A DNA stretch of 64,000 nt from Fistulifera solaris. Taxonomy: Eukaryota. The stretch covers positions 248,001 through 312,000 of the forward strand of contig AP026145.1 of NCBI GenBank assembly GCA_030295235.1, read 5' to 3'. Under the pieces are notes generated by a model that saw only the letters and a list, made by a program, of their open reading frames with translations, was not told the DNA's origin and made no database searches. The position numbers were made by a program, and so were the translations under genes. This document shows positions 47,206 through 60,268 of the stretch, one piece after another; the stretch's first letter is position 1, and every line of letters begins with the position of its first letter.

Positions 47206-49108
47206 ATGAAGAATCATCTTTACGTATACATTTTGCTCCAATTCAAAGCGATCTTATGCGTGGGACTTTTTGTGCCGCTTTCGTCTCATCCTCCCCCTTG
47301 TAAGGACCGTCTTCGAAGATTCAGAGCAAACGGGTCTGTCTCCTATCCAACAAATTCACCAATAAAGAAATCGTTTTTGTTTTCGTCTGCTCCCGACGAT
47401 ACCGTAACTGATACAGACTCACTTCAACACTCGCGAAGGGAGAGGCTCCGGCAAAAGATATCGCGGGGATTGCAATTTGTCAAGCAAAAGACGACCGCGG
47501 CAAAAAATGAGGCGCGGAAAAAATTGAAATCCTATAAAAACGACTATCCTTTTCTGACCGGAAAAATAAACAAAGCATGGACGCCTGTTCTTGTTGCTTT
47601 GATACTAGGCTATCGATTCGGAGCACGCACGCGCAAAATTGTAACCGACACCTCTGGAACAGTCATTCGACGACGGCCTTTCGTTTCGCAAATTGCCTTG
47701 ACAATCTTCGTTGTTCGAGAAATGTGGCGTGCCATTCCACCTTGGTTGAAGAAGCAACTCCCAATCGTTCGTAAACAAAGCGCGGTACCCGGATTGGAAT
47801 CCGTTGTCGACGAGAGCGATCTTTCCTCAATCCCCGTCCTCATGGGTCGACTTCAAACACTTTTAAAGGCCAGTACCGCCAAATTATCGTCACCGTTATC
47901 CGCGGGTGAAATTCAAACGTCGTTTCTGACCCTACTTCGACTCAGTGCACAAATGAAAGTCCAAGATCCTTACGAACGCGACATGGTCTACGAGGAATCT
48001 GGAACGCTACTGACTGCCGACGAACGGGCACAATTCACCGACATTGAGGAGACCTTTGAGTTAGCAGATATTGCGTACAACGAACTTCCATTCGATCAAG
48101 AATTGCGAGATGTGCTGGGAGCTCGTAATTATAGTTTAGTGAGACACGAGCCTCTATCATTGCCGGGAAGTGCAGCTCATTTTGTGGCGTTGTCGAACAA
48201 GCAAAAGGTGATTGTAATAGGGGTCAAGGGCACTTCCAACTTTGAAGATTTCTTGACAGATGCGTGTGGTAATGTAGTGAATCACACGTTGTCCGCTCCG
48301 TTCATCAATGGCGGCCCCGTTGAAATACGCTGTCACGAAGGAGTCTTCGTGGCTGCCTCGCGTCTGTTAAATGATCTCGAACGTCTCGTCGAAGCATTAT
48401 TCATCCCGACCGGCTACAAGATAATGGTGACGGGTCACAGTCTAGGGGCTGGTGTTGCTTCGTTACTGGCAATTTTGCTACGGTCGCGGTTTCCTGAGCT
48501 CCGAGCAGAGGGTCGACTGAAGGTGGTTGCCATTGCACCGCCTCCTATATTGGATCTCGACGCTTCACTTGCATGTCAGCCATTCACGACAACGATTGTC
48601 AACAACGCTGACATCATTCCACGGACTTCTCTATCGAACCTGATTATTACTATGGAGTTTCTGAAGCTAGTCAACAATAAGCTCGATAAGTCCGGTCTCA
48701 AACCAGCCGGGTTGAACGCCACGGCGGCGTTTTTAAAAAAGTTTTACGGAAGGCATAAACGGTACAATGATAATGTCGCCTCAAGAAATCAAAAATGGAT
48801 GGAAAACGTCGATAGAATTGGTGGGTCTTGATGATCCGGATCATCTGTTTGTTCCTGGGCGTGTCCTTCACATGTATGATTTATGGTCCAAGCCGGGCTA
48901 TGGGCTCACCCACAACAGCTCTCTCCCCGAACCGGCGGATGGACTTCTCCTTGATTCTATCATCCATCCGGCGGAACGCGTTTTAGTAACAGATGGCACA
49001 TCACCTGTGCTAAGAACAATTGAAATGGACGGACGAATGCTTTCCGACCACATGGCTCCGGCCTACCGAAGTAGTATTCGCACGCTGTTTGGTGCAAAGT
49101 CTGACTGA
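47206..49108 (+). CDS. Class 3 lipase (DAG-lipase-like), N-terminal signal peptide
   Basis: VIGVKGTSNFEDFLTD, CHEGVF, VTGHSLGAG, VNNADIIPR, and C-terminal MLSDHM after a frameshift near 48750. Confidence 0.88.
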
Positions 49109-49454
49109 AAAGGAATATTAATGATGCTGCTTATAATTTACTAATTTTTTGTTTTCGTTATTGAGTAGGCCTCTTTCCTGGATTTTGTTCGATTTGTCTA
49201 GCTTTTGCCTTCGAAACCCGAAACATTAGTTTTCGCACGAGTACCGGTACGAACGATGTGGTACCCATTCACCGTGCGCCTGTCGCTCCGCGCGCGCTAG
49301 CAAACGAGACCAAAAGTGCGCCGCACTGCCAAGCTGGCGCGGGAAAGTGAGCGCAAAGTCGTCCGGCTGCAAAAACGGCAGCACTCATTCATTCGTTGTG
49401 ATTGATTATCAATAATATTATCACTTGTCATTGCGTGCAAGTCCTTTCGATAGA

Positions 49455-52400
49455 ATGGGGAGAAACTCTAAACGACTCTCTTCGACTTCGGTCGATGAGG
49501 AAGAAGAGCAGCGATCTTCTAAGCGTCAAAGCATTGAGCACGACGAGCCGTCGGATGAAGATCAGAGCAATGCTGCTTCCGACGACAACTATGGAGATGA
49601 GAATGCCGACCCGGAAGCCGAGGATGAAGAAGACGAACAGTCACCCACTCCAACGGACCGCGAACGTAGCGATCCCGCCATCAATGCTGGAATCATCAAG
49701 AAGGTGTACGTCGAAAACTTTATGTGTCATCGTAAGTTCACTGTCGATTTCTGCCGCAACGTGAACTTCATTACCGGTCAAAACGGCTCCGGAAAGTCCG
49801 CCATTCTTGCTGCGCTCCAGATTTGCTTGGGAGCTGGTGCCAGAAACACGCATCGCGCTGGTAACCTCAAAGATTTGATTCGAAAGGACGGAGCTGCGAA
49901 TCAACCCACGGAAGCGATCATCCGCGTTTCGCTCATGAATGAAGGCTCGGATGCCTACGAGCCTGAGAGATACGGCAAGACGATTACCGTGGAGCGCACC
50001 ATTACGAAGAATGGAGGATTCAACGGTTTCAAGTTGCTGGACGAAAAAAGCACCGAAGTTAGTAGAAAGAAGAAAGATCTCCTCACGATGCTCGACTACC
50101 TGTAAGTAAAGACGTATTCTGCGTTGTGAGCGTGTGTACTGGTTCTCACTTACATTCTACCTGTATCGTTTCGCAGAAACATTCAAGTCGAGAACCCCGT
50201 GGCTGTGCTTGATCAGGAGAACGCAAAGAAATTTCTTTGCGGAAGCGGGGAGGAGAAATTTCTGTTCTTCAAGAAAGCAACCGACTTGGCGCGTATCGAT
50301 GCGACCTACGCGGCGACGCAGGAGAAACTGGAAGAATTGACCCTGAGCGTAGAACGAATGAACAGTACTTTGAGCCAAAAGAAATTAGTAGTTGACGAAG
50401 CCAGGCAGAAGGTCAAGCAGCATAAAGAAATCGACGAGCTCAAAGCGAAGCTTCAGGGAATCGAAATGATGTATGCGTGGTCGTTTCACAAGGTTGCTGC
50501 AAAGGAGCATTGGGACGCGGAACAAGTTGTTGCGAAATATGAAGCTAAAGTCAAGGAACGTGAAGATGAATTAGCAGAGTTTGAAAAGGCGTTTAGCCAG
50601 GATTCAACGACCGATGAAGAAACCAAGCGCAGACGGGTAATGGATGACTTGATTCAACAAGTTCAAGAGCTCACAGACAAGAAGCAGCAGCTCGAATCTC
50701 AGTTCAGGCAACAAATGGTTCCGATTAAACAACTTGAAAAGGAGAAACAAATGCTTCGAAAAGATCGGAAGGAAATTGAGCAGCAGTTACACCGTGCCCA
50801 ACAACGTCTCAATGAAATGCGCAAACAAATTAGTGAAAGAAGCGGATCGAAAGAGGCAGAGCACTTGAAAGCTTTGAATGAAGCTGAAAACGAACTGCAA
50901 CAGTTGAAGAAGGAAAACCCGGAAATCAAGCAAGCTGTGTCCACTTCCTTGCGAGCCTATGAGGAGCTCACAAATCATGTCCGCGACGCAAGTTCCAGAG
51001 TCGACACTATTCAACGTCAATTAGGCGGTATAGGCGGTCGTATTCGTAACTTGCAAGCCGCGTCGGCAGACTCGCTTTCGATGTTGGGTCCGAATGTCAA
51101 GAAAGTCCATGATGCGGTAAGAACATTCAAGTCAGACCCTGGTCAATCATTCCCTCTCTCACTTTGTTTTAAATGTTATAGATTCAGCGACATGTTTCGT
51201 CGGGAAAATTCAGAGGTCCGGTGATCGGTCCTATTGCCCATTATATCAAGGTGGCTGCTGGAAAGAGAAGTATGCCGCCATCGCCGAGAAAGCGTTGGGT
51301 CGCGGCATGCTAGATCGTTTCATCGCAACCACGGATGAAGATCGTCGAATTCTTCAGAACATTCGAAAAGATGCCGGCTGCAAATCTGATTGCGGTATCG
51401 TTCAAACGAAGAACACTGCGAGGTTTAGTGTCATGCCATTTGATATCGAAGGTGTTGAACGAGTTTGTTCTGTGCTGAATGTGGAAGATGATCTGGTGTT
51501 CAACACACTTGTTGACAACGCAAACATTGACCGAGTTGCTCTCTGTGACGATAAAGCTTCCAGCGAGAACCTTTTGTACTACGTGCAAGATGGACGCGAC
51601 GCGATTCGTGGTCCAATTCAAGAAGTGTTTTATCTTCCTAATGGAGGCAAATGGACTGTAAAAGGAGGAAACAAGGCTGATATCCTAGACGGTCAGGCTT
51701 TGCGTCAGACACTTGGCGTAGACAAAGTGAGCTTGTCGCCCAAGCTCGAGAGGAAGAAATGCAGCTCAAGAAAGAGCTTCAAGAGGCTCGTGCTGAACAC
51801 AACAAGCTTGAGCATGAGCACACCGAGCTGCAGCGTCAGTGGAACCAACACAAGCGTCATCTCCGAACCAACACTGAAAACTCGGAGAGGTTGATGAACG
51901 AAATCAGTGAGCTCAAAGATCAAATTGAAGCTTCAGCCAACGTCGAGATAGATACGAATGACCAGGAACAAGAAATCCAGGAGCTGGAGCGCGAAATTGA
52001 AGAGCTCGATCTCAAAGACGGAAAGTTCAAAGAAGAGATCAGAAACCTCATGCAAGGTGTCGAATATGTCAAAGCCAGTATTAACGAATGTTCTGAACGC
52101 ATCGACACTGTTCTCGAGGAAAGCAAGGCAGCAGAAGAGCATTTGACGCAATTTTTGCAAAATAGAACTCAGCACGAAGATCAGCTCGAGAGAAAGAGAC
52201 AAAAACTGGACAAATATCGGGCCGCTGTTGACACAAGTCGTGAGAAAATGGAATCGCTCAAGAAAGACACTCTCGCGGCTCTACGTCAGGCTAGGCTTCT
52301 TGCCTTTCAGCATCAAAGAGCTAGTCAAAACTTAGAGGACATGGCTGAGGGTGAAGTGGATATCTCAGACGAACCATCGGAAGACGATCTTGAATCCATT

Positions 52401-53203
52401 GAGCCTCCCGATGAGAGCGATATTAGAGAACCCTCCCATTACGAAGCTAAGATGAACAAGATGCGGTCTAGGATTGAAAAGGAAAAACAGAAGCGAAACA
52501 TTTCGCGAGACGACCGAGCGACAGCCTACGAGAAGTACCAACGTGCATTAGAAGACTTTCTCAACCAACAGCAACTCGTGGATGAGGTTGAATCTAAGAT
52601 CAAGGTTCTAAATAAAGATTTGAGACGACGCATTTACGCAAGGGGCGACATGCAAGAATTTCTGGAGAAGTTCACCGACTTGAAGTTCAAGGAGCTTTTG
52701 CTTTTAAACCATTTCCACGGAGGCGTCACATTCGATCACGAGAAGGAGTCGCTTGACTTGCAAGTAAGCAAGAGTTCTGATAAGAAGGCTGCAAGCAAGG
52801 ACGTGAAGAACTTGAGGTACGTAAATCTTGGTCGCGTTGGAAGTTCAATTTTCGAAGCTCGTCTGATTTTTTCTCTTATCTTCGTATAGTGGTGGTGAAA
52901 AGAGTTACACTCAAATGTGCCTCATCTTGGCTTTGGGTGAGAAGCTGGAAACGCCCTTCCGTGTTCTGGATGAGTTTGATGTCTTCCTCGATGCACCGAC
53001 GAGGAAGCTTACCATCAAAATGCTAATTCATTTGGCACTCGAGAAAATGTCCCATCGTCAGTTTATCTTCATCACTCCCCAGGATATCTCGGACATTGCC
53101 AGCGATCCACGGCTCAAGATTCTGCGCATGCTTCCCCCCTAAACGCCATGGTATCGTCGGCGGTCCATCGCAGCAAACTCTTAACTTTTCTCAAGCCTCC
53201 TAA
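49455..53203 (+). CDS. SMC6: Structural maintenance of chromosomes protein 6
   Basis: GIIKKVYVENFMCH, Walker A GQNGSGKS, coiled coils and hinge, LSGGEKSY (formed across intron 52817-52889), PFRVLDEFDVFLD and QFIFITPQ. Other introns at 50102-50176 and about 51117-51181. Frameshifts present; 3' end approximate. Confidence 0.92.
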
Positions 53204-53409
53204 TTTCGCTGAAAGGTCAATGGTACTTGATGTAATTCGAAGTCACACTTCATGATTTCAGGGCTAATTGAGCCTATAATCCTCATCGTTTCTAGTCATT
53301 TCGTGAATTCATCGATTTCTCTACAGTATTTATTTGGTCTACTCCTCTGCCTCGCCGTAGGCCCTACGTAGAAACTTGTACTGAGAGGCAGAATTTTAAC
53401 GTCCTTTCA

Positions 53410-53680
53410 TTCTGGACATTAGACCTATTACCTGCAAAAACCGCACCCACGGATTATCCGGAAATGTGAAAATTTGCTGGAAAAGTGAAAATACAATAAC
53501 TAGTCCAGGTTTTCTGGAGATGTGTAAATTCCAAATATCCAGTTTTTCTGTGAGTGCGAAAATACAACCGCTCCAGATTTTCTGGACAAGTGATACCACT
53601 CACCCAGATTTCTTGGGAACGTGAAAATAAAACTGGTCCAGATTTTCTGGACTGCGGTGGAAAACATCACACGCCCAGAT
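53410..53680. repeat. Degenerate array of CCAGA-Nx-TCTGG palindromes
   Basis: GTCCAGGTTTTCTGGA, TCCAGATTTTCTGGA, CCCAGATTTCTTGGG and GTCCAGATTTTCTGGAC, interleaved with GAAAATA motifs. Confidence 0.65.
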
Positions 53681-53736
53681 TCATTCATCGATACAAAGTG
53701 CTCCGTATCTATGAATATCAATCATAGGAGGATAAT

Positions 53737-54709
53737 ATGTTGAATCATTACAATAGGAGGTCGTCGGGGCAAACTGCTTGGTATTTCTATTGGACTCGTC
53801 CGATCGGGGCAACCGAACATCACTTTCGATTGTCGTTAACGACGCATCCGCTTTGGGGATGCAAGCATTTTGACGTAGCTTCTCTGTCTTCCGAAATTGC
53901 CGCTAGTCGACCTTGTCAGAAACTCGAGGTGATTATTGCTTGCGATGTGAAAAGCCAGCTCCCTCATTTCGTAGCAGAGAACGAATGGGACATGATCTGT
54001 ACGACACTAGGTACTTATCATGGGTCGAGCATTGCATCACTTCGCTTCGTAGGTGTAGCGCAAGACAAGATGATGCGATTAATCGATTCTTGTAAAGCGA
54101 GAAAAGAAGAGGGGCTTCAACGTATCGACATTGTTCTTTCGAAAGAATTTCCGGGGCAAATGCTACAATATTTAAGCCGACACGTTTCCTATCTGCAAGA
54201 GCTCCATCTGCTTGATCCTGGTAGAAATGTTCTTCTATTGAGACTCTCGGAGCTGAGCGATTTCATGGAAAGCGCGCAACATATAAAGCTGCTTGTGGTC
54301 GAGCCGCGAATAGTTGTAGCAGCATCGGATGATCTCTCGGCTAATCGAGATCTCGATCGGCTGGTGTACACGATACAACAATGCGCTTCCTTGGAGCACG
54401 TGGTACTCTCATTCGCCTGCGCTGGTCAAAGACCATCGAAACCTATTGCAAAGCCGAAATGGTTGGCTGACTTACTCAAAGAACCACAAAGTGTCACGAG
54501 GAAAAAAAGAAACTGTGAGTGAAGTTTCTCGTCAAGATGTGATTTGCCCAAAGATCCTTTCCGTCAGCAAAGACAAGCTTCAATTTGCTCTCGATTGCAA
54601 CGCCTTTTGTCTTGAGTTGACGAAATGCACAAGAAAAACAGAGGCTATACTAGAAGCTGGTCTACGTGTATTGAAGGACTGGATGAATCAAAACGGATAC
54701 AAGGATTAA
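53737..54709 (+). CDS. Hypothetical protein (weakly LRR-like), frameshifted near 54500
   Basis: 261-aa ORF plus an overlapping continuation. LQELHL / LEHVVLSF-type motifs only. Confidence 0.5.
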
Positions 54710-54740
54710 CTAATGATGCAGCAATAGTGTTGTACTAGGC

Positions 54741-57049
54741 TTAGGGTGCAGCTGAGTTGCAATCAGGGACCGGATCTTGCGCCTGTGTCACGATTTCTGC
54801 GGTGTTTTTGGTCGACGTGCCAAGCCACATAATCGCTTTTGCGATTGTTTGAAATCTATTTCGCTGCTCGCGAATATTGCGAACAGAGCCATCTAAATAC
54901 ACTTGAGAAAGCGTTTCCGGTTCTTGCTTGAGCCATTCCGAACGCAAACATTCTTTGGCTGACCATCTTTCTTTCGGATTGACGACCAGCAACCCCTTCA
55001 CGAAATCTTTTGCTGGCTGAGAAACGTCTTTCCAATCCTCTTCGTTGAAATCCAATTTGCCATTTCGAATCATTTCAAACAAAACCGACTGATCGTTATC
55101 TATAAATGGGGGATAGCCGACTAGTAGGACAAATGTGACGACTCCAATACTCCACAGGTCGACTCGAGTGTCGTGCGGTATGTTTTTCAGTACCTGATAG
55201 ACGGATGAAGAATGAGCAACCAATTAGAAGACGTTAACACTGTATTTGCATTCGATCATGAACTCAATACCACGTTTAGGCTGCATAGACGTACCTCTGG
55301 TGCTACGTACGAAGGCGTGCCGACTCTTGAAGTGAGACTTTCTGGTGTGTGCACTCGACGAGCAAATCCGAAATCGCCTATTTTCACGTTGGCATTGTTA
55401 GCAAAGCTCTTCAATAAAAGATTTTGTGGCTTTATGTCTCTGTGCGCTATTCCAATTTCGTGCATACTAGAGACCGCTTTTAGCAAAACAATGACAAGAT
55501 CGCGCGCATCCTTTTCGGTGTACCGTTTCATCGAAATGATACGATCGAAGACGTCTCCGCCGGTCATGTTTTCCATGACGAGATAGAAGGCGTCTTTTTC
55601 TTCAATAAAATCATAAAGTTGAACCACGTACTTGTTTCCAGTTAAACTGAGCATCATACTGACTTCGTTCAAGATCGTTTCGTCTTCTTTGGGATCAAGT
55701 TCCTTGCGTGCAATTATTTTGACAGCGTATTCTTCTCCGGTTTCTTTGTGAATGCACTCCCACACCGTCGCGTATGATCCTTTTCGAAGCTTTCGTTTAA
55801 GTTCATAGAGGTCGAGAAATTTCAGTGTCCGTTTCGGTTTAGCCTTATCGGCGTCAGGTGATGCAGACTCTTCCCCTGAAACCATCGGTTGGGCTTCGTC
55901 GTCACTTTCGTCTTCGAGTAAATCTTGCAATTTTGATTGGAAGCCCACTGCATCGGGATCCCAAAAAGGAGCTGCAGTGGCAACACGAACCGCGTGTATG
56001 GCAGCTTTCCACTTCGTTTTCGGAAGAAAAGCGCGAATGGCTTCCAAGTTCAAGGACAAATCTCGACTTCGCAACGACTCAGCGTCGCTTTTGACGAACC
56101 AGTCGCTCTGGAGTGCCTCCGCTGCACTGAGACGCGTGTCCGGATTCACGGCGAGAAGATGACTAATTAGTCTCTTGGATTCGACGCTTGCATTCTGCCA
56201 GTAAATCTCGTGGAAAATAAAATCAGCTGAGCGTATTTTTCGAAACAAATCCTTGAGATTTTTGCCCTGAAAGGGTGGATAGCCTCCGATCAACATGTAT
56301 AGAAGACATCCTATACTCCACAAATCGCATTTACAATCGTAGGGCGCACCAGTGATGACTTCGGGGGCAACGTACGCTGATCGTTGATCATTGAGAGGGA
56401 AGGGGGTCAGCTTTTGCTTCATTCTATTTCGTCCACAGCGACACTTTGCAAACGTCATTCCACTTACCTGGAGTGCCACATCTTGTCGTCAACCTTCCTT
56501 CTTCTGGGAGCATCCGTGCAAAGCCGAAATCAGCCAGTAAGATCTCACAGTCGTCAAACGTATTTGCCAGAAGCAAGTTCTCCGGCTTGAGATCTCGGTG
56601 TGCTATTTTTCGATCATGCAAAGCTTGAATTGTCTTGAGAAGACATTCGGCAAGATCTCGGGAATCTTTTTCATTGTACAGAGACCGCTGTGCGAGTCGG
56701 TCAAAGACGTCCCCCTCCAGCCGCAAATACTTGCACCATGTACAATTTCTCAGGCGAGGCAAAGAAATCAATCAATTGTACTACATTCGCGACACCCGCC
56801 AGTTCTTTCATGATGGCGACTTCCCGAAACACGCTTTCGTCGTCGTGTTTCTTGAGTTTGCTGCGATCCATTATTTTGACCGCGTATGTTTGCTCGGTAT
56901 TCCATTTGGGATGACATGTGTACACGACTCCGTAGGATCCGGAACGCAAGCGCTCATCGAGCTGATATTGATCTTCGAACGTCATGTTGAGACTGGCGGC
57001 GTCGCCGAGTAAAAACTCGTGGGGGAATGGGTGTCGGAGTCGATGTCAT
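54741..57049 (-). CDS. Ser/Thr kinase with two tandem CaMK-like catalytic domains
   Basis: Domain 1 has HRDLKPEN, DFG and APE; domain 2 has HRDIKPQN, DFG and APE. Introns at 56377-56467 and 55194-55294. Frameshifts near 56990 and 56720. Confidence 0.9.
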
Positions 57050-57662
57050 GATGAGACCGTTCGATACGGTAGAGCGCACTTGCAGAATTAATATCCTTCC
57101 TGTGCAATAATGATGCTTTATGAAAAGGCAAGGTATGTTGTGGAAGCTATTTTGTGCAGGAAATGATCTTTCGTTCGGAACCAGGCGGCCCGCTGGCATT
57201 TTTCATCCCTTCACGCAGCATCCCGTGAGAATGCGGATCGAGGTTGACGCGGGATACGATGACACAGCGTTTTCTGTTTGTATAGCGTTTTGTGTATGCG
57301 ATCCGTGATTATGCGTCAAGATTACGGATCGAGATAGACAGAAAGACAGTCTCAAAGAAGTCATTCTCGCAGCGCAAAGAATAAGAAATACTGACAAATG
57401 ACTATTTATCGGAATGTCTGCACCGTTTTGCCTCCAACATTGGCTTGGAGAGAAGATAGAGAAAGAAGTAATGCCACGGAGTATTTTTCCGTGCCTGGAG
57501 AGAGACAAGATAGTAATCGACTTGCACATCCGAAACAGAAACATTTCAGAGAGCTAGCGATCGGCAACGATTGTTCCTCCTGCAATTACGATCATTGATA
57601 CCTCATCGTCGTGATTCGGAGCACCTTTCAGATACCTTTCCAGACGATTCTTTTTCGAAATC

Positions 57663-58832
57663 ATGGGCCGAGAACCAGACCCCGACTTTGCGGACACGCA
57701 AGATAGTAGCTCGTTTTCTAATTTAAGCGACGCAGATTCGTTTGGGGGCGAGGATAGTGAACCGGAAGTCGCACCTGTACGAGTACCCACTACTAGCACC
57801 AAAAGCGAGCAACTGTCACTCTCGCTCGATCAAAGTGCTAGTCAGCATGGTCCTTCTTACAATTCCATGTTGGCTTGGAATAAACGAAGTGACTCGGCGG
57901 GTGTCGGGGATGATGATGACGACGATGAAGAGGAAGACGATGAGGAGCCGTCCAGCGACGCGGACTTGTCGGTTACGAAAAAACAAGCCCGATCACGAGA
58001 ACCCCCAACTGGTTCAAAGGAAAAAATACGATCATCGAGTGCTGAGCGAAGTCTAGTGCGCCGCTCGAATAGTTCCAGTAGTACGCGAAGCATGACCAAG
58101 TCGAGTAGCTCTCGTAAATTGAACACGAAGGACTCGGGTGATGAGCTGAGCTCGTCGATGCACAAAGGTGTTACCGACCGTCGCATCAAAAGACGTGATG
58201 GTACTGGTGGTGCTTCTGAATTAGCTAGCACCGTTCACGGAGACGAGATTCCGGGATATTCTCGTGCTCCGTCCCGACGACCGAATCGCGGAGCACCGAG
58301 CCGTGCCAAATCGGGTGATGGTGCCCCTCCCCCTTCTAGTCGGCGATCTTCCAAGGACGAGCTTGGAGCTGCAACATTGCACGGAAAGTCTTCTGTCAGT
58401 CGTATACGAAGCAAAGGTCGATCTACTTTGGATGAAGGTAAAACGAAAGAGAAAGAAAAGAGCAAACCCGATCGCCGATCGATGATGAAACGTGCTATGT
58501 CGACTACAAATGTAAAACGACCCGAAGAATACGGTCCCGACGGAAACGGCGCCTCCACTAATGGACTTCCCTTCGAATCTCCAACGCCACGCCGCGCGGG
58601 TCGTCGACCTCAAAGACCGCCTCGACGCCAGCTTTTGGATTTACTGCGCGAAAACAAGCCTGTAACGGAAAAGGACCTTGCGGATAAGGAAAATCGACAG
58701 TTGCTTCACCGTCTCGTGTACGAGCACAAGTTGGGTGTTTCGCTCAAGGATCTAGCGAAAAAGGTCAAAAAAGAGACCAAGAATGGGGTCGTCCCTCCGC
58801 CTCCGAAACCGCTTCTGTATGTTGAAGCATAA
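57663..58832 (+). CDS. Hypothetical Ser/Arg/Lys-rich low-complexity protein
   Basis: Intact 389-aa ORF with a short, likely helical C-terminus. Confidence 0.65.
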   Translation: MGREPDPDFADTQDSSSFSNLSDADSFGGEDSEPEVAPVRVPTTSTKSEQLSLSLDQSASQHGPSYNSMLAWNKRSDSAGVGDDDDDDEEEDDEEPSSDADLSVTKKQARSREPPTGSKEKIRSSSAERSLVRRSNSSSSTRSMTKSSSSRKLNTKDSGDELSSSMHKGVTDRRIKRRDGTGGASELASTVHGDEIPGYSRAPSRRPNRGAPSRAKSGDGAPPPSSRRSSKDELGAATLHGKSSVSRIRSKGRSTLDEGKTKEKEKSKPDRRSMMKRAMSTTNVKRPEEYGPDGNGASTNGLPFESPTPRRAGRRPQRPPRRQLLDLLRENKPVTEKDLADKENRQLLHRLVYEHKLGVSLKDLAKKVKKETKNGVVPPPPKPLLYVEA

Positions 58833-59149
58833 GCTGTGTATTTAGTCTGTGACTTTTTATCTTCTAAAGCAGTGTATAACTTATTTAGCTCCTCACAGAA
58901 CGAAAGCAGGTTAAATTAGTGTGATGGATCGCCAATATTGAAGTTCGTCGTGACTGGATAGGTTGGGTCCCTAGTTACTTCTTCGTTTCTTCGTCACACA
59001 CTGCAGCCTGCAGCGCACTTTTTGTTGCAACCGCACAATCAAAGTGTCTTGTGCTTACGTGCAATGCGACTGCTAACGACCACAACTGACAAGGGAAGCA
59101 AAAAATTACTCCGTACAAGTTTAAATTCGACTTCGCAACTCTGCAAGGC

Positions 59150-60109
59150 ATGTCATCTCGCATGGTCAGCAATCATTCCATCGCTAGTCGCGCTTGTCGT
59201 CAGCTGTCAAAGCAAGTGAATCGGCTTGGCGTCTTTCCATGTTTTCATTCTAGAAATGCGATATTTTGCGTTTCGTCAAGGTCGAAGAGTAGCAGTCGCG
59301 ATGCTCAAAAGGCTGCTTACGAATACTATCGAAAGCAGCAGGAATCGACCTTGTGGTATAAGATATTTGGAAGTCGCACGAAAAAACGACCACAAATGTC
59401 GGCAGCGGAACGAAATGTAGCGTTGGCGTGGTATGCCGCAGCGGTGGTGATAGGATCTTTAGGGGCTACCTACGCAGCGGTTCCTTTGTACAAAGTATTC
59501 TGTCAAACAACCGGTTTTGGTGGCACAACGCAAAGGGTTCGGATTGAAGGCGATGGGTCGTCCCAGCCGGTTGTGATTGAATCATTCTTGGAATCGGTTG
59601 CTGGCAGGCTACCTATTACTACAGCACGCGTACACACATGGACAGATGAAGAAGCAGCGGCCAAACTGGCTTCATTGAAACCTGTGGCTAACGCTGACAT
59701 GATGACGGTTCGATTTGACACGACCGTCTCAGATATACTTCCATGGTCGTTCGTCCCTGTGCAACTCGATGTGAAAGTAGTTCCTGGCGAAACAGCTCTC
59801 AGTTTCTTTCGTGTCACAAATCATTCTGATAAGGCAATTACTGGTGTAGCCACGTATAACGTGCATCCACCAAAAGTGGGACTCTATTTCCAAAAGATTC
59901 AGTGCTTTTGTTTCGAAGAACAACGTCTTCTGCCAGGGGAAAGCGTGGACATGCCAGTGTTCTTCTTTATTGATCCGGAGATTTTGGATGATCCGCAGGT
60001 ATCCTACATTCGCTCTATCACTCTATCGTACACATTTTTTCAAACGGACGAAGATGACGATGATGAAGACGACGATAAAAACAGCGAGAAGAAGAAGAGC
60101 GTCGCATAG
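59150..60109 (+). CDS. COX11: Cytochrome c oxidase copper chaperone Cox11
   Basis: YAAVPLYKVFCQTTGFGG, VVPGETAL, YFQKIQCFCFEEQRL, DMPVFFFIDP, ITLSYTFF. Confidence 0.97.
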   Translation: MSSRMVSNHSIASRACRQLSKQVNRLGVFPCFHSRNAIFCVSSRSKSSSRDAQKAAYEYYRKQQESTLWYKIFGSRTKKRPQMSAAERNVALAWYAAAVVIGSLGATYAAVPLYKVFCQTTGFGGTTQRVRIEGDGSSQPVVIESFLESVAGRLPITTARVHTWTDEEAAAKLASLKPVANADMMTVRFDTTVSDILPWSFVPVQLDVKVVPGETALSFFRVTNHSDKAITGVATYNVHPPKVGLYFQKIQCFCFEEQRLLPGESVDMPVFFFIDPEILDDPQVSYIRSITLSYTFFQTDEDDDDEDDDKNSEKKKSVA

Positions 60110-60268
60110 TAACGGTGGTATCAGGCTTGGCGATTCAATGTAAAGTGTTTTTTAAGATACATGTTTGGTGACAAGAATGATGTGTAGCATCGAAGTGTTC
60201 AAGCGATAACGAATAACTGGATTTGATTCACCCCATGAAGATCTCTTTCTAGAAATTTTTACCCCTAC

